Position numbers and translations under genes: made by a program
The notes under the pieces: model-generated
The model's database searches: none
Told to the model about the DNA's origin: nothing
The model's input: the letters and a program-made list of their open reading frames with translations, nothing else
Origin: Paramicrosporidium saccamoebae KSL3
Lineage: Eukaryota; Fungi; Cryptomycota
Reading direction: 5' to 3'
Assembly (NCBI GenBank): GCA_002794465.1
Contig: MTSL01000065.1
Coordinates: 18,440 to 50,439 of the forward strand
Length of the DNA stretch: 32,000 bases
In this document: positions 27,533-32,000 of the stretch, one piece after another
Numbering within the stretch: the stretch's first letter is position 1
Layout: the number at the start of each line of letters is the position of its first letter

Positions 27533-28738
27533 TCATTTAGACTTGGTCTTGAGGGTAAAGCAGGAAATATTCAGGAAATTACAGAACGAATTAATAACGT
27601 GGTAGCTCCATTGGAAATAGCCAACCAACGCAAACACCAACCACGCCCACACATAGACAAGTTCCATGGTGGGTGTGATGAACGGCGCAATTGGCACAAT
27701 CAACGGAATATTTATCAACACGGCACCAGCAAACAGCGGAAACATCAGTCCAGAATGGTAGGGGAAACGACGTTTGGTCAGATGCGCGTAGATAATCTTG
27801 GTGGCCATTTTACCAAAACCCACTCCAAATGCCAGTGCAAAGAGCGCAAAATGGCGGACGCGGATGGTTGAATAGGGCGACCAGAGCCAAATGTACGCCG
27901 CAGCGGATACCAGACCCATGGGCAGCAGCTGTAGCAAAGCAACACGGAAGGACTGTTTCTTGGTACGACATGCCCTGTGAACAGCTATCACGCAGGTGGG
28001 TACATAGAGCCCAAGGAAGATGACGCCAAAGAATACAATGGCACAGTGTGGAATTGCTACGGAATGCAGCCATGTAGAGGGTGGAAAATAAACTGGAAAT
28101 TGTTCACCAAATGTACGGGTCCAGATGGCGGGGCCGTAAATGCCTGATAGACACATCATACCAATGGCAGCCAGAATGCCTTCCGTAGGCCCATTAATGT
28201 AGCCCAGGTACAGCACGCCCGTGTGGTACTCCTCCCAGGTGGGCAGATAAAAGGCCCAGAAAGTAATGCCCAACACTATCAACGCATAGCCTGACGAGCC
28301 TGCTCCCATTGCAGCCGTCTGCACAATGCCGCCAATGGAGCAGTTCAATGCGTCACAGCCATGGTCAAACAGCTCCCCCAGCGGCGACGATGACTTGGTA
28401 CGTCGCGCCTGCTTGCCATCCACATTGTCCAGCGTCGAGTACACCCACAGACAGGCTGCATAGAAAAAGTATACCCACGGCGGCCCTGGTCCTACCAAAT
28501 CGGGTGTGTAATGCAATGCCACTCCCAACGCCGCCAGCATGAAGCCCAGACCGATGAGGGTAATTAGGTTTGGGGCCATCCAGAGGGGGAATAGGGTGAC
28601 GGCCCAATTCCAGTACGGCGTCAGCACGTACCTTGAGATGGGTGAACGGTCAATGCCACGGTACTGATATGTCCGCAGCGGCTGCAGCCGTTCCTCGGCG
28701 TACATGGCGCGATGCTCCTCCGTCCGGCCCAGCGCCAT
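27533..28738 (-). CDS. EPT1: Choline/ethanolamine phosphotransferase (CDP-alcohol phosphatidyltransferase)
   Basis: LDNVDGKQARRTKSSSPLGELFDHGCD catalytic motif, WMAPNLITLIG, TWEEYHTGVLYLGYINGPTEG. Start at 28738 or 28705. Confidence 0.92.
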   Translation of the reverse strand: MALGRTEEHRAMYAEERLQPLRTYQYRGIDRSPISRYVLTPYWNWAVTLFPLWMAPNLITLIGLGFMLAALGVALHYTPDLVGPGPPWVYFFYAACLWVYSTLDNVDGKQARRTKSSSPLGELFDHGCDALNCSIGGIVQTAAMGAGSSGYALIVLGITFWAFYLPTWEEYHTGVLYLGYINGPTEGILAAIGMMCLSGIYGPAIWTRTFGEQFPVYFPPSTWLHSVAIPHCAIVFFGVIFLGLYVPTCVIAVHRACRTKKQSFRVALLQLLPMGLVSAAAYIWLWSPYSTIRVRHFALFALAFGVGFGKMATKIIYAHLTKRRFPYHSGLMFPLFAGAVLINIPLIVPIAPFITPTMELVYVWAWLVFALVGYFQWSYHVINSFCNFLNISCFTLKTKSK

Positions 28739-28746
28739 CCCCGGTC

Positions 28747-30171
28747 ATGATGCCAGTCGCCGACCCGTCCCTCTCCGCCCACCTCCTTGTCCATTTGGGG
28801 CTATTGAGCAATGCTATGGAAACTAATGAGCGCCGTCTGGTCGTCCGGGTACTACAGAATCTGCCAACGGTGCGTCGTCGTCTGGAAGGCCATGTCCTGG
28901 CCACATTAATGACCTCTTCGACCCTGCCACTGGCCCAGGAGCTACACCCATTACTTGGCGCTACTAGCGGCAAGAAGACGAGTTCAAATTCTTCGTCTGT
29001 CGCATCTGGTGCAGCCAATTCATCCCCCATGCCCCCCACACCTACCGCGTCTGCAACACTTAATTCATTCGCCGAAGTGTATTTGTTCTTCTTGTCGGCT
29101 GTCTACTTGCTTGATGCGGGTCAGGCCAGCGAAGCAAATGTGGTATTACTGCAGGTGGCGCGACTCATTGAGAGTCTCAATAGTCGCATTTTGGACCCAT
29201 TGTTGGCGCGCTGCTATTACTTCCTGGGCCGTAGCGCCGAACTGCAAGGCATATCCATCCATCCACCCCTCATGCTGGCGTTCCGACAGGCTGCACTGCG
29301 TCACGATTCTGAGACACATGCCACTGTCTATAATCTGCTCTTGCGCGTCCTTGTCCGTAGTGGTCAGGTTGAAGAAGCGGACAAATTGGTCCAGCGCTCC
29401 GTCTTCCCCAGCCAGGTCAGCGGTGCTAATCATGCGCGTCACTTGTATTATGTTGGCTGCATCCGTGCCGTACAGACCCAATACCCCGAGGCCCGTCGGG
29501 CACTGGAAGAGGCATTGCAAAAGGCTCCCCATGGGCGATTGGCTGCCGGTTTTGTTCAGGCCGTGCAAAAGCTGCTCGTTGTTGTTCTACTGCTGCTAGG
29601 CGAGATTCCCGAGCGCTCACTTCTCCGTGAAAATTTCCTGTCCTCTGCTCTGCGTCCCTATCTCTCATTGTGTCAGACGGTGCGACTGGGGGATTTGACG
29701 CGCTTCCAACAGCTGTTGACCGAGGCGCATCAGCGGTTTGATGCCGATCGCACTCTTATGCTTGTCCAGCGACTCCATCAAAACGTCCTTAGGGCTGGTC
29801 TGAAGCGTCTCAGTTCTGCCTACTCGCGCATCCCACTGACTGATGTGCAGCGCAAGCTCGGCCTCCCCTCCGTCGAGGACACTGTGTTTGTGCTCCTCAA
29901 GGCCATCCAAGATGGCGTCATTGGCGGTGAAATTGATCATCACGGCGGCTTCCTTGCCAGTGCCTCTGTTCCCAATCCCTACTACACCACAGAGCCCCAG
30001 GAATCCTTTAACACTCGCATCGTCGCCATCAACGCCCTCCACGATGATTGTCTCCGGGCCATGCGTTATCCTGATGGTGTAAAGAAGACTGCAATTACCA
30101 GCGAAGCTGCGCCCACCGAGGAAGAGATGATGGAGGAATATTTGGAAGCAGAAGACGATCTTGGCTTTTAA
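28747..30171 (+). CDS. RPN3: 26S proteasome lid subunit Rpn3/PSMD3
   Basis: ARHLYYVGCIRAVQTQY, LLLGEIPERSLL, RLHQNVLRAGLKRLSSAYSRIPL, YYTTEPQESFNTRI...LHDDCLRAMRYP. Likely start MMPVADP at 28747. Confidence 0.93.
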   Translation: MMPVADPSLSAHLLVHLGLLSNAMETNERRLVVRVLQNLPTVRRRLEGHVLATLMTSSTLPLAQELHPLLGATSGKKTSSNSSSVASGAANSSPMPPTPTASATLNSFAEVYLFFLSAVYLLDAGQASEANVVLLQVARLIESLNSRILDPLLARCYYFLGRSAELQGISIHPPLMLAFRQAALRHDSETHATVYNLLLRVLVRSGQVEEADKLVQRSVFPSQVSGANHARHLYYVGCIRAVQTQYPEARRALEEALQKAPHGRLAAGFVQAVQKLLVVVLLLLGEIPERSLLRENFLSSALRPYLSLCQTVRLGDLTRFQQLLTEAHQRFDADRTLMLVQRLHQNVLRAGLKRLSSAYSRIPLTDVQRKLGLPSVEDTVFVLLKAIQDGVIGGEIDHHGGFLASASVPNPYYTTEPQESFNTRIVAINALHDDCLRAMRYPDGVKKTAITSEAAPTEEEMMEEYLEAEDDLGF

Positions 30172-30411
30172 TTAATGAATAACATGTACGCTATCTTATC
30201 CCATGCTGTCCATTGTTGATAATTGTGAGGCTTGCGTTTTTAACCAAGACCCTATTGGATATTTTCCGCTTATGGTTGGTGGACCCAATAAAGGGTCTTG
30301 TCGCTAACCTCGCAATATATAGACTAGCTCTCAACGACATTCGTCGGCTAATCGTATGTGCAGTGTCAGGCGCGGCAGTATTGATAGCCAGGGCGACGTA
30401 TATTCTGAAAA

Positions 30412-32000
30412 ATGAACTTTACTGGTGTCGCTATCCTTGCACTTATCTGTGTCATATCCGCCTCTAAAATTGATGGGATTGAACTCAATTTGAGTGTCAA
30501 GGGTGAAATTGCAGACGCTGAGGCCAAAGAACAGGGTGGGCAAACGGGGTCCGAGCGGCAATTAGCGCCCCGAGAAGCTATGGGCCAAGCTAATATGAGG
30601 GATTACCGGGAAATAAAAGTAGCCCAAAATGTCAGAGAACAAACCAGACCGGGATACGACCGAGAAATAGCTCAATTCCGAAAATCTATGCGCCAGGCTG
30701 ATATGGAGGCTAAGGAGGAACGGAAAGCGGCCCAAGAAAAGAAGAACCAAGCTCATGCTAATGAAAAGAGGGGATACGAAGCTATGATGATGAACCCGAA
30801 GGCTAGTCAGGAAGATCTACGTAACCTAAAAGTGATCCATGGGGCTAACAGACGGGCCAGAGAGGCGAGTTTCAAAGCATTAACAGCGGCCCATGCAATC
30901 AATCATCGGATCAGACTTAAAACACTTGAAGAACTAATGGCGACCCAGAAAGCTGAGCGACAGGACAGAGAGAAGAAGCTTGGGGAACTAAAAGCGGCCC
31001 AGCATGGTGGAGAGCAGGCCAGAGTGAATGGCAGCCAGGAGCTGGTACAGCTCAAGGACGATACGGCAGCGTCGGATAAGAGGAAAAGAGAAGAGAGAAA
31101 AGCGGCCCAAATAGCTATACATCAGGCTAATCGAAAGGATGCCGAAGAACTAAGAGCGTTTCAACAAATGATGAGCCAAGCTGACGCGAGAGAAATGGAG
31201 GAGCGGAAAGCTATGGGCCAGGCTGATCCGAAAGCTTTAATAATGCTAGATAGGGCCCATAGGGCTAATAGATCTGCCAGACAAGCGAGACTTGGAGAAC
31301 TTTCAGCGGCCCAAAAAATGCGCCGTCTGAACAGAAACATCGAGTCTAAGGAACTACCAGCCGCCCTCACAAGTGGAAAACAAGACGGACAAAAAGAGCT
31401 CGAAGAAACAATACTAGCCCATAATGCTAAACAACAAGGCAGACCGGGAGATATTCAGGACTCGGCAAAATTTCAAGAATATACAGGCCGAGTTAATGAA
31501 AAGGAGAAAGAGGGACGAACTGTGCCTTATATAACTAGAACTCGGGCCGATAATAAGGAAAAGAAGGAATTCGACGCGGCCCAGCAAACTCTCAGCCAAG
31601 CTAATATAAAGGATCACCAGGAAATAGAAGCAACCCAAAATGTCAGAGAACAAACCAGAGCGGGGTACAACCGGGAGATAGCACAATTCCAAGCATTCAT
31701 GGAGCAGGCTGATAAGAAGGCTAAGGAGGAACGGATAGCGGCCACAGAGAATGAGCAACAGGCTAGAGAAGAGAGTGCTAAGGAGATAAGGGCGGCCCAA
31801 GGAAAGAACGACCAAGCCCATGTTAATGAAAGGAGGGAATACGAAGCTATGGAGGCGGACCCGAAGGCTGATCCGAAGGTTCTATATAACCTAAAGGTGA
31901 CCTGTGAGACTAACAGGCAGATCAGAGAGGCGGATTTCATGAAATTATCAGCGGCCCATGCAATCAATCATCGGATCAGACTTAAAACACTTGAAGAACT
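30412..32000 (+). CDS. Large secreted helical-repeat protein, family S copy 4; open to the window edge (>529 aa), absent from the ORF track
   Basis: ATG at 30412 after TGA/TAG; signal peptide MNFTGVAILALICVISASKIDG; I found no stop in this frame up to 32000; 18-aa periodic A/Q/E/K/R-rich repeats. Confidence 0.85.
   Translation, partial: MNFTGVAILALICVISASKIDGIELNLSVKGEIADAEAKEQGGQTGSERQLAPREAMGQANMRDYREIKVAQNVREQTRPGYDREIAQFRKSMRQADMEAKEERKAAQEKKNQAHANEKRGYEAMMMNPKASQEDLRNLKVIHGANRRAREASFKALTAAHAINHRIRLKTLEELMATQKAERQDREKKLGELKAAQHGGEQARVNGSQELVQLKDDTAASDKRKREERKAAQIAIHQANRKDAEELRAFQQMMSQADAREMEERKAMGQADPKALIMLDRAHRANRSARQARLGELSAAQKMRRLNRNIESKELPAALTSGKQDGQKELEETILAHNAKQQGRPGDIQDSAKFQEYTGRVNEKEKEGRTVPYITRTRADNKEKKEFDAAQQTLSQANIKDHQEIEATQNVREQTRAGYNREIAQFQAFMEQADKKAKEERIAATENEQQAREESAKEIRAAQGKNDQAHVNERREYEAMEADPKADPKVLYNLKVTCETNRQIREADFMKLSAAHAINHRIRLKTLEE
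30586..32000 (+). repeat. Internal duplication, about 30586-30935 versus about 31597-32000
   Basis: Offset 1011 nt, becoming 1065 nt after a 54-nt insertion; the last 52 nt (30884-30935 versus 31949-32000) are identical. Confidence 0.88.

Noticed and set aside
28633-28746. N-terminal extension of RPN3 from 28633
   Set aside because: Non-ATG start, antisense overlap with the EPT1 coding region, and no Rpn3 similarity before MMPVADP.
30562-31967. Hydrophobic repeated ORFs on the minus strand (e.g. 31414..31821) as membrane proteins
   Set aside because: They are antisense shadows of the purine-rich plus-strand repeat protein, which has an ATG, a signal peptide and an unbroken frame.

Overview
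Eukaryotic, gene-dense window with tiny GT-AG introns (15 reconstructed, all 30-36 nt). This suggests a compact early-diverging fungal relative; a Rozellomycota/Paramicrosporidium-like parasite is an inference, not shown. Two tightly packed housekeeping blocks are present: 4.3-14.9 kb (SEC20, GEMIN2, CAC2, amino-acid transporter, CDC8, mitochondrial S7-like, SNAPC1, TIM23, NIC96) and 22.9-30.2 kb (two WDR5 paralogs, ORC5, PDZD8-like SMP protein, EPT1/CPT1, RPN3). They are separated and flanked by accessory islands. At 0.4-3.6 kb and from 30.4 kb onward lies a family of secreted proteins sharing one signal peptide and leader, with very different bodies. At 15.1-22.6 kb lies a strictly alternating tandem array of a two-gene module (A-B x4, minus strand). 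Gene A is an unknown ~305-aa protein, intact in all four copies, one of which has precisely lost the shared intron. Gene B has a Crinkler/ubiquitin-like-looking N-terminus and a HEPN-like RNxxxH motif and is intact in only one of four copies. This array is the best candidate for an undescribed effector or toxin-antidote system. No database searches were run; all family calls come from motif recognition by eye.
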